A DNA stretch of 64,000 nucleotides from the NCBI GenBank assembly GCA_021613535.1, contig CP075495.1, positions 5,456,001 through 5,520,000 on the forward strand, in the 5' to 3' direction. Made by a program: the position numbers and the translations under genes. Below the pieces are notes generated by a model. The model did not search any database, was not told the DNA's origin, and saw nothing but the letters and a program-made list of their open reading frames with translations. The stretch is from Adineta vaga (lineage: Eukaryota > Animalia > Rotifera). Positions 1 through 19,846 of this stretch are shown piece by piece. The first letter of the stretch is position 1. Each line of letters begins with the position of its first letter.

Positions 1-609
1 TCTAAGATTGCTTTTCAATTCGCATATTTAATAACTGATGGTTTGAATATGTCGAAAAAATTTCAAGAAAAATCTCTTTTTCAACTTAATCAAGCTAATA
101 AAGAACTAGGACGAAAGGTAAAGAGTTTGCTTGATATATGAACATAAATAGATCTAATAGGTGTGTGCTTAATTTAGATTATAAAAAATATGATGCAAAA
201 AGAATGTCGTTGCCATGGTGTGAGTGGATCGTGTGAACTGCAAATCTGTCGATTACGGCCAGCTAAATTAGTTGATATTAGTAATGAAATCTATTTGAAT
301 GCATATCAAAATGCTCGATATATAGAATCAATGGAGTTCATGACATCCGAAGAGAAAATTCAACTAATTTATGCACGGAAATCAATAAATTATTGTCGTT
401 CAAATTCATTTATTGATTACTCAGGTACAAAGCAAGGACGAGAATGTTTTAGTAATGAAGGATGTGAAAAAGTTTGTTGTCATCGTGGATATCAATTAAT
501 AACTGAATTGAAATCAATTGATAATTGTCATTGTTTTTTTTCATGGAATATTGTAAATATTCAATGTCAACCATGTGAGAAAAAGTTGACACGAATGATT
601 TGTAATTAA
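1..609 (+). CDS. Wnt family ligand, 3' exons (5' part outside window)
   Basis: KECRCHGVSGSC lipidation motif, YC and CCxRGY motifs, CHCxFxW and terminal Cys. Intron about 118-177. Subfamily not assignable by eye. Confidence 0.9.
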
Positions 610-2761
610 ACTGATTTGTTTTTGTGTAAATAATTCTTATTATATCAAGAGAAATCTACTTCAATGGTGTTTTTTTTTAGAAATAAATATCTAATATTTG
701 TAAGTTAAAATTCATTTAAGATCAAAGTGCAGCTTTTCTTTCTATAAACTATTACTATGTTCATTTGTCGAAAAACGACAGACATTGAATAAATATACAA
801 GCCTTCTATTATCATTTCCGTCTTCAATTAATTATCATTTGATCATACCGAATTCATATATCACATCTGAAGAATGTTATTTTGTAATATTTTTTCCTCT
901 AAACATGTTTCTTATCTTTCTCAAATAATCAACATATTCGTAATATATTATTTGATCATCGTAAACATATCAATAGATCATAAACCGATAATCATGTATT
1001 TCTCGAAATACCTTTTATCTTGATAAGAACAATTGTCTGACATAAATATCTATTAATATCTAATCTACTCATGATCAATGAAGTGTTCAATCGTTTTAAA
1101 AAATAATATTAATTTACTAATTATGAATACAAGAGCAAATTTTTCTCTTCGGATTTTCTTTTTGTATTTTGTAATCAAATAAATATTTCTCAACAAATTA
1201 AACCTGATGTTTTACTATCCTAACAGGAAAAAAACAATTGCATTTAGACTCAATCGAATAGAAAAATTTTTATTTGTTAAACTAATGAATAACCCAAATG
1301 CAATCATCTTCAGGCGAGAAAATGCAATCAAACTCATATCCATAATCAATTTATTTGCTGTTTTCAATCATTGTTCAAATAACAATTCAATGCCCGTTAG
1401 ACAAATACTTCTTTTATAATAGGGGAGAGAAGAAAAAAAAAACGATTCCTTTATTCTATTTTTCTTTTTCTTTTCATCACATCATTTATACTCGTCTGTA
1501 GCAAAGGAAAAAATATATCAATCAATTCAAAAAATGAAAGAAAATTTTGTCAGATAAGTTCAATTCGAAGGCTTAATCGTTCGATTTATTGAAGAAATCC
1601 TTGACAAAATACTTCAAATGTCGATAAAAGAGGAGAAAGACAAAAGAATCTTTTTGACCCTAATAATACATACATACTCTTATGCTTCTCTTCTCTTCTG
1701 AAAGATTTTCTCGTTATATGCTTTGATTTATTTCTGGTAATCATCGATCTTCAATATTGAATTCAAACACACACAAAAAAAATCATATTTAGCGAGTTGT
1801 TTTCTTTTCTTGGAAATATTTCCTTTGAATCCGTTCATTTAATATCCAATTTCCATAATTAATAAGCTTGTTGAAAAAAAAGAGAGATGGAGAGTGTATA
1901 TTGAAGAAAACCGAATAATAGTCTTCATTTTTCATTGAACAAACTTTTTCTATTAATAAACGATCATATAATTAAAAAGTTGTTTTTTTCTTTTTCTTAA
2001 TAAACAATTTCAAAAAAAAAGAATGATTAGAAAGACTTGAAAAAAGAAAAAAGCAAGACCTCGAATGGAAATGAATTATATGTTAGATTTGAATAAATTG
2101 TACCTGTCTGAAGGCGATTATTAACTACTCTATGATCGCTAAATTACATACTATAGAACAGAGGCGGCTTGGGTTAGAATGGTAATATAAGCATGATTAG
2201 TGAGGATGAGTTACTCAAGTATCTCATTTGCTTACCAATAACAGAACACAGATAAAAGTAAAGAGATCATATTATTCCTGCTGAATTTTCTCACTTTTTT
2301 CTCTCGTTCTTTTTTAGACTTTATTTGGTATTCTTCTTCTCCTTCTTCTTCGGTTTCTTATGCCTCTACGTGCGCGACCAAGCGACTGTTATTGTTGTGT
2401 TCATGCAGAACAACGACGGGCGAGAGAGAAAAAGAGGAAGAGATGAGAGAAGAAGACAGAGCGCTAGAAACAGAGAGGGAGAAAGTCGATCGCCTTCTCT
2501 TATTATCATCATTGCCGCTCGTTTGACTGTCTCTTGCAGCGAGAAGTTTATTCAACTCCTTTTTTTAACAGACCAATATGTGTCTTATCATCAATGCTCG
2601 AATGGTTTTCTTTCCAAGATTTTCTTAATAGGCTCATTTAAGTTAGGAAGTAACTGCAGGAGTGAAACTACGAGAAAGAACGAGAGTGAGTGAGGGACAG
2701 AGAGAGATAGACACAGAGCATATGTGTGTGTATATATGTGTACGCGAGTTTTCAATCGTCG

Positions 2762-7528
<4,767 letters not shown>

Positions 7529-7791
7529 ATATTTTTCTTTCCATCGGTTTTGTTTTCTTGTTCTTATATTAGATGTTTTTATTTTGTCATGAAACGAATA
7601 AAAAAAGAACTATACACAATTATTTCAATGTCTCTTCCAATAATATAATCCGATCGATATTTATCCTTATTCAAAGCATGTTGCTACACTAGGATCATTT
7701 GATAGTAGACAAGAGATACACTTTCTATAAATTATCGATTTCAACACAACTGATACTTTATTTTAAATATTACATTTCATTTTTCTGGAAG

Positions 7792-7832
7792 GTGTGGTTG
7801 TGGGTGTAAATACAAGAGACCCTCATCCACAC
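7792..7832. repeat. Short imperfect inverted repeat (hairpin)
   Basis: gtgtggttgtgggt (7792-7805) pairs with accctcatccacac (7819-7832), 12/14 match, in AT-rich intergenic DNA. Confidence 0.45.
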
Positions 7833-7899
7833 TCTCACATTCACTTCGAATATTATTTATAATTGTCTAAAAAAAAGATACAGATATAATTTTGAAAAG

Positions 7900-8820
7900 A
7901 TTTCAATGAATTTTTTTCTTTACTTGAATTTTATCAATTTTCTTTGGATCAAAATTCGATTGATTTAATTTTGGAATAATTTAATGTTCCAATTGTTCAA
8001 CCATATTTTGTTGATATTAATCTAAATTTGGTTGGATTACATTGCTAAATAATTGATTTAAATCCTTTAAACGTTGATTAAAGATTTGCGAAAGATGATT
8101 TATTGCTGATAAATGCCAAGTTTCGAAATCTTCTTGAGATTGTAAATGAATGTGCTAAGGAAAATGTTTCTAACAGATTGAATTGTTCATTAACTATTTC
8201 TGATAATGTATAAACTGAATCAGATAATGATTGTGATGAACATATATGTTCTTTTCCATCTTTTTTTTAAACATTCATAACAATATTTACAATAATTATT
8301 TTCTTTATCTTTTGAACTAAATGATGTGATTTTTATTCTAGAAAGAATAATTTTCTTCAAAAATTGATTTTGATTGAACAAAAAACATTTCGATTAACGA
8401 ATTCATTTTTTTCAATTCCATTGATGCATGAAATGAAATTTTATTTAATACCTAATTCAACAGATTGACAATAGGAGAAAAAGGTTTTCAATTCACGATC
8501 AAACATCAATGAATTTTTTTTATACATAAAAATTCTTTTTATCTCTTCAAATTTCCTTCAGTTTTGTGTCGTTCTGTTAAAAAAGCTTGCTTGGTTCGAA
8601 TCCATATGTAATTCGCAATCCAAAGTGCAGTTCGTGCGAATTGAATAGCATAATATTTCAAATTGATTAATTGGTTTCATAATGAAGGCACAGAAACATC
8701 ATTTACTGCTGAAAATCAATAACATAACGTTTCAATTCATGATAACAAAGATTCTGTAAACTAACCGGAATTTTCTTGATCATGATCGACGACATTGGGT
8801 TGCGCAAGATAGACCTGGAA
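7900..8820 (-). pseudogene. Degraded coding fragments (Cys/His-rich start plus helical segment)
   Basis: Minus strand reads as protein-like pieces (MFDRELKTFFSYCQS; CKYCYEC..EHIC; ETWHLSAINHLSQIFNQRLKDLNQLF) broken by in-frame stops and frameshifts. Confidence 0.4.
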
Positions 8821-9686
8821 AAAAGGTTGTTTATTACATATGATATAGAAAGAGCATAGAAAAGACGAAATGTAATTGAAAATAAAAGATCGGAATTTCA
8901 CTCACTGATCGAATGTCTGAATTAGATTTTTGCCTACACATATTCACAGCTCAACTTACCAATCTGAATGGATAGAATTTCTTTATCGAGAAGCAGTCTT
9001 TTTTATATCTCATTAGGGTGAGTAAGGTCATTTCTTTCCAAAAACAAATGTTCAGTCCGTCAGTAGCGAACAATCATTCTTTCGTAATGACCTCTTTAGT
9101 ATTCGATAAAATAGCTCGACGAGAGAAAAAAGAGTCATTTCTCTTATTTTTGTTATCAAAAATTCTCATTTCGTATGAATCTTTTCTGTTCGTTTAGTCA
9201 TAAAGTTTCCAACGAAATTTGATTGATATTTACCTGTTCACTTGTTTGTCTTCGAACTACTCGAGTTTTTCGACTTAAGCTTTGTTCAGGTTCTTTTTCG
9301 GATTGGGTTGGATCGATATTCCTCGTGCTTGTGTTGATTCACATTGTACTGCATTCTAAAATTACGAAGATAAATTAGTTTCACGCATCAGTTTGACTGA
9401 ATACACTTTTATAAGCAAAACCTATGTAATGTAACCACGCATATGTTTAGTGTAAAATACATCTAACCCTCGAGTAACGTCCCCTCACTTTACGTATGAA
9501 ATATTCACGTGTGTACTGGTATTCATATATCCCTACAGCACAGAAAGAAATATTAGAAAGGAAAAGTATAATGAATCTGTTTGAATATTGGATGATGTAT
9601 ATCGATAATGTTATTGAACTTCTCAAAAAAATGACGCAATAATATGTGTACATCTAATTAACATTTGACAACTATTTTTATTTCAA

Positions 9687-10275
9687 ATGATATCACGAGC
9701 TAAAGAGCATAGAATAATTTCATTTATTTATACTGTACCCAATGATTGGGCATTTCAACATTTTCTTGATGGAATTAGTCCGATATTATCTCATTCATTT
9801 AACTTTTTAAATAAATTTCTCAATGCAAAGGTACTCATCTTAAGAGGTGCACGATTTGATCGATCTGTTAAAGAAATTCGGAAAATGCTTAGTTTATTTA
9901 TACATATATTCTTGTAAAACTATTGGTGTTGAAGAATCTTCTCGATTAGTTCATTATTATGATGAAACAAGAGTTGGTTTTATAATGCTCGTTATATTAT
10001 CGATGTTTATAGTGCAGCTGTATCAAATATGAATTTTTCGTAATCAGATACAACATTAATTGAAATAATGACTTTTAGAGCAACAACAAGTTCTCTTCCG
10101 CACAATGGCATGTTCAATTTTCAATCCACGTGATTTAAAAGCATGTACTAGTTATATTTTATATACACAATCACAATTACTTAATCAAACTTATTGGATT
10201 TTACTAACTGTTGTTAATAATAATGGAAATATGAATGTTAATTTAACTGGAGTTGAAAAACTTCTTCAACAGATA
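9687..10275 (+). pseudogene. Fragmentary glycosyltransferase family 61-like remnant
   Basis: WAFQHFLDGISP..AKVLILRG segment plus a downstream segment YTQSQLLNQTYW resemble GT61-type proteins. No complete frame; central part missing. Confidence 0.35.
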
Positions 10276-11085
10276 TAAATTATCCTTTGTTAGGAATAAT
10301 TCTTTTTATGATCAGAATCAATATCAGATGATTTATCATTAGAAAATGAATTTTCATTTAAACCAAATGAAATCAAGTTTTTCTTTATTATAAAGTTATA
10401 CTGAAGTGAGGTGGGCAAGTGTACTCATATGATGATCAATTTCGATCTTCCGAGAGAAAAAGCTAAATGTAGCAAAGAATATTTTATATAAATATATTTG
10501 TAAAACAAAATTCGAAAGAACAAATGATTACAGTTTAGTACAATCAGTAAATAATTTATGGATCATTTTGTGTCGGACAAAAGAAACTGGAAAATTTCGA
10601 ACAAAAATGATTTCGATGAAGTATTACACTTTTGAGATAATTAAAATTAATCAAGCAGCAAAATTCTAGAGCAACTATAATGAGCGAAAAGAATGGATTG
10701 GAAAAATAATTGAACAGTCAATAGTTGTTATTTTATAAGACTAATTAATAACATTTAGTAAAAGTCTCGTAACGGCAGCACAATTATTCGTATTCTCAGG
10801 TTAAAACAGGATTGTCGTAAACGACTCTATTCAGAGAACTACGTCGGGAGTTTGCCGCCTAACGACATCTATTTTACATTTTGATATATTGTACAGAATT
10901 CATTTGTGAAAAAGAATTTTACAATTCTCTAGTGTTTATTTATTTATTTTTTCGAATTGAAAATATAATGCTAGGTTAGGATTTTTTAAAACATGATTAT
11001 ATATCTAATATATTCTACTTCGATATGATTGGAGAGTAGAGTTCACACTTCATTTGTTTTTCCTGCATTTATTTGTCAATTGTGA

Positions 11086-11400
11086 ATGCCCGAAAGTCTT
11101 GCACGTAAACGCTTGACTTCAATTGCTAAGAACGTTGCCACGTGTTCAACTCAAGTAATATATTTTGAATATAAGATAAACTCATAATATCATCATTATC
11201 CTCTTCTTTGTCCCTCTATGTAGGCTACAGCATACGCCGCTTGTGTAATTAATCATAGTGATTTAAAAAAAGATTCTTGTTTAAAAGAATTTCTTGCATT
11301 AAAAGATTGTGTACAAAAAGCAGTAAGAACTATATTTTGTTTTTGAATAATTGTTGATCTCTTTTCAATATCTTTCAATTAGGCATTAAAAAATGGTTAA
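11086..11400 (+). CDS. NDUFAF8: NDUFAF8-like twin CX9C complex I assembly factor (exons 11086-11154, 11224-11322, 11383-11400)
   Basis: Spliced product MPESLARKRLTSIAKNVATCSTQATAYAACVINHSDLKKDSCLKEFLALKDCVQKAALKNG with two CX9C motifs, resembling human NDUFAF8 (CxxxAxAYxxCV ... CxxEFxALxxC). Absent from the ORF track. Confidence 0.85.
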
Positions 11401-12188
11401 ATATATCATTTCTGTTTTGTTATGTTTCATATTTGTATTGTTTATCAATGCATCACAAGACTCAGTTGCTATCAATCCTTCAACTGAAAATGTAGGTTCA
11501 TATAAAATCGAAGGAAAAATCATTGTACCACCTGGTGATAATGCACTTGATAATACAAGAATATTAATTGATGAAGGTCTCTATGTTGGTATTCCACAAG
11601 TTGATGGAACATTTACCATTTGTGGTATGTTTTTCAGTTGAATACATTCTTGAATTCAATCTGTGAATTCATTTAGGTGTTCCCAGTGGTTCCTATATCG
11701 TTTCTGTTGTATCACCCATGCATGTATTCGAACCGATTCGTGTTGATATCAATGCTAAAGGTAAAATTCGTGCTCGTAAAGTCAATTTTATTCAACCAGG
11801 TGAAGTTGTTACAATGAAATATCCATTAAATTTCGAAACACACGGAATACCAAATTATTTTCAAAAACGTGAAGTCTATCGTTTAACAGATGTTATTATG
11901 AATCCAATGTTTTTAACATTACTTGTACCGTTAGCTCTATTATTAATTCTACCTAAACTTGCATCACAAGATCCTGAAATGCAACGCGATTTACAACAAG
12001 CAAGTAATTTTCTTCAACCAAATTTAAATACTCCCGATATTGGTGATATGTTTGCTAATATATTTGGTGGACCGAAGAAACAAAAGCCAGCACAACAACA
12101 AATTCAAAATAATGGTGCAAATACTGGTACAGCAGCAAATGCACAACAAAGACGAAGAAATGAAGCAGCAGTTAGACGAAGAAATTAG
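11393..12188 (+). CDS. EMC7: ER membrane protein complex subunit 7
   Basis: Signal peptide; YKIEGKI, DGTF..VPSGSY, FEPIRVDINAKGKIRARKVNFIQ, YFQKRE, TM segment; one intron about 11626-11677. Confidence 0.95.
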
Positions 12189-12401
12189 AAGCATTTGCTT
12201 TTGTATAACTTTTTTCTCTCTTTCTTTCTTTCTTTTCCTTTTTTTTCTTATTTCAAATAAAAATTAAACTCAAAACAAAGTCTACTTGTTTGTTTTTTTT
12301 TGTTCATTGTGAGTTTACTCGACATAGTCCATATTCAGAAAGTAATGAGGTCATATCATCATCAATATGCATTGTACAATTGAAAAGTGCAGTAACTGAT
12401 C

Positions 12402-12905
12402 TTAATTGGCATCTTCACCTGTTTTTCTATATGTCCCACGAAAGATGAATGTGTTTTCTACGGATGGAATTTGTAATTCTAGAATACAATGTTTACCAGT
12501 TATTGTTAAGAGCAAAAAATGATTAGTTGATGATGGTATCGGTGCAAAAGATATCATGACAGATGATTGAGATATATCTTGTTTTATATAGCGTGTAATT
12601 TGTAAACGTTTTCGTTTATGTATTTCAATGATATTTGCATCGAGTTTGTTTTGATTCATCTGATTAGGTTTGAGAAATAAACGTAATTCATTTAAATTTC
12701 TTTGCCAATACATTTTTAAAGGATTACGATTATTTATTGTTAAACTTGTTTGTTCAAGTGAGTTTGTCCATAGAGTTTCACTTGGAAGACAATCAATACG
12801 TAATGGAAGATTAAGTAAAGAGATTAGTTTCTTTTCACATAGATTATAATCAGTTTGTTGTAAATCATTTAATGGTAATGGTACTATCCAATGATCAATA
12901 TTCAT
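12402..12905 (-). CDS. Hypothetical protein (3' end possibly spliced)
   Basis: 167-aa ATG-initiated ORF with protein-like composition in DNA where long ORFs are rare; no recognised family. Confidence 0.55.
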   Translation of the reverse strand: MNIDHWIVPLPLNDLQQTDYNLCEKKLISLLNLPLRIDCLPSETLWTNSLEQTSLTINNRNPLKMYWQRNLNELRLFLKPNQMNQNKLDANIIEIHKRKRLQITRYIKQDISQSSVMISFAPIPSSTNHFLLLTITGKHCILELQIPSVENTFIFRGTYRKTGEDAN

Positions 12906-12972
12906 TTAGGTTTCATGAATAAAAAATAATATAAATATGTTGTCTTGGTGATTTTTGAATTTTTTTTTCTAG

Positions 12973-13266
12973 ATGAAACAATTATCATTAAAACATTTTA
13001 TTGTTCGTTCACAAGTTTTGGCATTATATCGAGATATAATGAGAACTATGATGAAAATTGATGATCAAGATTATCGAAAAGAAAGTTTGTAAGAAAGATA
13101 GTTTTTAATCACAAATACATGATTCTATATTTTAGTGCGAGAATGGACAAGAAGTGAATTTAATCGTAATCGTACATTGAGAGATCTGGGAGAAATACGA
13201 ACACAAGTAGCATTAGGACGGCGAAATTTAAATGAATTAAAATTATCTATGCAAATGGCTTCTTAA
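12973..13266 (+). CDS. LYRM2: LYR motif-containing protein 2 (exons 12973-13084, 13136-13266)
   Basis: MKQLSLKHFIVRSQVLALYRDIMR..MREWTRSEFNRNR; LYR tripeptide, downstream Phe and LYRM2-type N-terminus. Absent from the ORF track. Confidence 0.88.
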
Positions 13267-13340
13267 CATATATATATATATATATAATAGAAAACACATT
13301 TGTAGTTCATTGATTTTATGTGTCTTTTTTCATATTTTAG

Positions 13341-15395
<2,055 letters not shown>

Positions 15396-15605
15396 CAAAA
15401 GAAAAACACAGTGATATTAATTTTATGACGCAAACTAACAATTTCTTTTTTCTTAGGAAAATCTATCGTTGTTATGCGTTTTCTTTTTAAAACTGATTTC
15501 GTTTTCTTTTCTAAATTGATTGATTCTTAAACAATATCGATGATTTCTCGTTTAACAAAACAAACATTAAAGAGTATAAACGCATGTTTACTTTTTCAGA
15601 CTAAA

Positions 15606-16481
15606 ATGACATCTATTCGACAATTTAAACTCACTGATCTATTAAGAATCAACAATGTGTAAGTAGAACTGAAATGAATGATAATAACTAACATGAATTT
15701 CACTATCGGTTTTTGTAGAAACTTAGATATTTTTACTGAAAATGTAAGTAGAAAGAAAAAGATATTCTTAATATAGAATTCTAATAATCTTTTATTCAGT
15801 ATGGTCTGTCATTCTATTTACATTACTTAGCACGTTGGCCAGAATGTTTCTTTGTAGCAGTTAATCCTGCTCAAAGATTAATGGGTTATAGTAAGTTTTT
15901 TTCTCTTCGAATAATAGACTAGCATTATAACTTTGTCTTTCTTTCAATTACAGTCATGGGAAAGATTGAAGGTAAATTTGAAAACAAATCTGATCTTGAC
16001 ATTTTTCCTTTCATAAAAAGGCAAACAAGAAAATTATCATGGTCATGTCACTGCTTTATCCGTCGCACCTGAATTTCGACGCATAGGTGTTTCATCACAA
16101 TTGATGACTTTATTAGAAAACGTTTCTGAACAGTAATAGATATATCTACTACGTAGTAGAAAATTGAATACTTATCTGTATTTAAATCTTTAGAAGAAAA
16201 ACATATTTCGTCGATTTATTCGTACGTGTTTCAAATAAACGTGCAGTTGATATGTATCATAAATTGAATTATGTTGTTTATCGGCGAATTATTGGGTACT
16301 ATTCTGGAGAACGAGATGAAGATGCATTTGGTAAAATAATTGATAGAGAATTATTTGAAGATAAAGATTATATTTTCATTCATTTTTAGATATGCGTAAA
16401 GCTCTATCACGTGATGTAGAGAAAAAGTCATTGATACCAATTCCACATCCTGTACGACCGGAAGATCTAGTAGATGATTAA
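15606..16481 (+). CDS. NAA20: N-alpha-acetyltransferase 20 (NatB catalytic subunit), multi-exon
   Basis: Small exons assemble to NNVNLDIFTENYGLSFYLHYLARWPE..GYIMGKIEG..HGHVTALSVAPEFRR..FVDLFVRVSNKRAV..YY..DEDAFDMRKALSRD. Absent from the ORF track. Confidence 0.95.
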
Positions 16482-16577
16482 TGTTTAGGATATAGTTTTT
16501 AAATATTTGTTCAGTTATTTATTCGTGAAAAGAGATTAATAAAAACTTAAGAAAAGAAAAAATTTCCGAAGATATAT

Positions 16578-17646
16578 CTAATCTGGTAATCGACATTCGT
16601 AACTTGTTGATGGACAATCTGTATATTGTTTAAATCGGCCATCTTGTTGATCACTATTCTGTATACAAACACATCGTTCTGCTTTTACTAAACTATCAAA
16701 ATATCGACGTGGAAAACCAATCCATGTTCGTTCAATACCACCACTGAATACAGTCAAATAAATAATTTTTTTTACAAATAATTACCTTACCTTTTCTCGG
16801 TACACCATACTCGTCGACCTGTATCATGTGACCATTCACTATTACATGGTGGCCATTTCTGTTCGAAACTTGTTTTTTCTTCTTCTTTCTATATAAACTG
16901 TATTAATAGTGATGAATGATTATTATAGATATTAACCTTTTTCATAAGATTAACCGACGTGAGAACATTATGAAAATGTTTTGTCGGTATTCCATTGACG
17001 TCAAAATATCGACCGATTAATTTACCTAGATAATCTCATCTAATAGTTTAGACATGATGATCAATATATACCTATTTGTGGATATTGTTTTTGATAGAAT
17101 GTTAACCAATCATATATACTCGATATTGCTTCATCATTTAATCCAGTTAAATCATCAACTAAATCTTCTTCAGATGATTTACCCGTATGGAAACTTCGTG
17201 ACGCATCTCGACCTACATATATATTTAGATCAGATATAACATAGAATGTCTATTAAAATAAATACCTGTATAGAATTTATAACTTCCAGTTGATGAATAA
17301 AACCGAGGTGCTGATGAAACATCAAAAACATGTCCTAAATCAATGTTATTTTTTTTTACATATTCTAAGATCAATATATATATGTATAGTTATTCTCTTA
17401 CCTAGAATAGCTAAATACAACTGATCTTTCGTATAAGTTCCAAGTTCATCATGCGTAAATAAACGTTCTTTTTTCGTATCTATTTGATTATTCTTGTCAA
17501 CGGATTGACGTTGAAGAAAAAAGGAAATAACTAGTATTAATATGCAAGAGACCAACCAGAATTTGTAACTATAAAAACAAGAGAAACAATCTGTTCATTA
17601 ATTATATATAATCTATAGATAACAGAATGGTATTGTTGTTAAGCAT
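16578..17646 (-). CDS. CYB5D2: Neuferricin / cytochrome b5 domain-containing protein 2
   Basis: N-terminal hydrophobic segment; RLFTHDEL, LYLAILGHVFDV, FYG..FxGRDASRSFHTG, WLTFYQK.Y..GKLIGRYF, WPPCNSEWS, WIGFPRRYF, RCVCI, C-terminal Cys. Confidence 0.9.
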
Positions 17647-18856
17647 AGGAAAAAAAATTTCAGCATGAATATGCCAGAATGATAATTATATTATTATTAT
17701 TTTCTCTTCGTTTCATCGTATGTAAATAGCTAAAAATATCAAGCATACTTCGATAAAAATGAAGACGTCGATGATAATGATGGTAGTGGTTGATTCACAG
17801 ATTCTTTCTGACCTTTGTCAGGTTTGTTTATTGTCGACTAAAAATAAATAGAATGAATAACTACGGATCTGTTAATATTTGTTAGCTTAAGCATCATATA
17901 TATTATTCTATGATAAATAGTAAACTATTTTGCGTTGTTATGTTTTTCTTGTCTTATTATCAATAATTTATGACATCTATTCAGAAGTGTGCTTTTGAAA
18001 GAGACGGATGAGATTGTCTATTATTGATTTAAGACAAATTCCAACGAGTATAAATTTGAAATTAAAGTAATAGTAAAATATGTAATGAAGCGAAGGTCAA
18101 GTTTTTAATGTCGCCTACCATAAGTAATTGTTGAATATTTCTTTTCGTGTTCTTTTTTTACAAGCAGCAGGAAAAAAAACGAAAAAAGAAAAAGGTATGT
18201 TTTAGTTGTTTGTAACTTATCTTCTACCTATAAGATGCCTTTATACAATAAGAACACGTCAACTATATAACATTCACCAATCTAATGTATTTGATGTCGC
18301 CTTTTCTTCTGTTCTTTTTCTTTTTTCTTTTTCGTTAAATGTACGTACACACAGTCGAAGCTAACGATTTTTGACGAATTTTCAAACATCATAAAATTTT
18401 CATTATATATCATCACAATCAACACTGCTGGATTCAAAATAGTATGGAGAATATAATTCAGCAGTGGAAAGGTTTTATATACACCCATATCAGAATGTCG
18501 TTCGTCCGACTGGATTACTAAGCTTTTTTTTCTTTCTTTCTTTTATTTTCTCTCTCGTTTTCCTCTCTATTCTGTGCATATTTGCATGCCTTTAGCATCC
18601 ATGATTCTCTCACACTTTTTATTTCTCTCATTTTCTCTCTTTCTCGTTTTTCTTCTCTTCTGACTATAAGTATCTTTTGCGTATACATCGGCAGTAGACC
18701 ATTCGACATCGAGTTATATCACGAAAAGCAGACTATTGTTACATACCAACATGTTTCCCTAGCTAACCAACCACAGAGACAGTTTACAACTTAATCATCT
18801 TTCTTCTTCTAGATTCTAAATTTTTTTTACTATTATCTAAAAGAAAACAATTTATC

Positions 18857-19846
18857 ATGGGTGGTAAAGGATCGAAAAAATCACGAGCATCTCTTGAACT
18901 TACACCTAAAGGTTTGATATTTATAATATCATAATCTTCTATTGTTATTGATTATTTTTCTAATATTATAGAAATCGCAATGCTTAAAGCTAATACTAAA
19001 TTTAGCGAAAAGGGTAAGAATTTATTTATAAATAGAAGTGAAATAATCATATCTCGTTTTTTGCTATTCTCTAGAAATTCGAGAATGGCATGCTGTAAGT
19101 CATTTGTATTCGATAAGTTCTTACTCATATTAGTATGTTAATAGGGCTTTTTACGTGATTGTCCAAATGGTAAACTCGACAAGAAGAAATTTGTTGATGT
19201 CTACAAACAATTCTATCCTCAAGGCAAAGCTGATTCTTTTTGCAAGTAAGATATTTGACAAAAGAAATTATTCGTGTTTTCATCGATTATTTTAGATATG
19301 CATTTGCAACATTTGATGCTAATAATGATGGTACAATTGATTTCGATGAATTTCTTTTGGCTATTGCCGCAACAAGTCAAGGTGATTTAGATGATCGTCT
19401 TGAAGTTGCCTTCGAAATGTAAGATCGACTTTTCTTTCCACAAGCATTCAAATTATGATCTTTTGTTTCAGGTACGATGTTTCGGGTGATGGACAAATCG
19501 ATCAAAAAGAATTAGCTAATTTAATCTCAGCTATGGTAAAAAATAACTTGATCTATTTATGTTCAAGTTTTATTTTAACTAATGAATTTTTCTTTTCTAG
19601 TATGATCTTGTAGGTGAAACTGATCGTAAAGGTGATCGTGATCCTAAGAAACGTGCTACCGAAATCATTACTAAACTCGATGTTGGTGGTGATAAGAAAT
19701 TAAATAAACAAGAATTTATTGCTGGGTATGTTTTATTATCAAATTATTATGTCTCGTTCATTTTTTATCTGTCTATTTTTTTTCTTCATTTCTCTAGATG
19801 CAAAAATGATCCAGTTATTCGTCGTATGCTTGCACCTAATGTTTAA
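18857..19846 (+). CDS. Neuronal calcium sensor (hippocalcin/neurocalcin-like) paralog A
   Basis: MGGKGSK myristoylation motif; [22 protein letters not shown]; EF-hands DANNDGTIDFDEF, DVSGDGQIDQKEL, DVGGDKKLNKQEF; multi-exon. Confidence 0.95.

Noticed and set aside
1207-2693. ORFs upstream of the mGluR gene
   Set aside because: Low-complexity translations of purine- or pyrimidine-rich promoter and UTR sequence.
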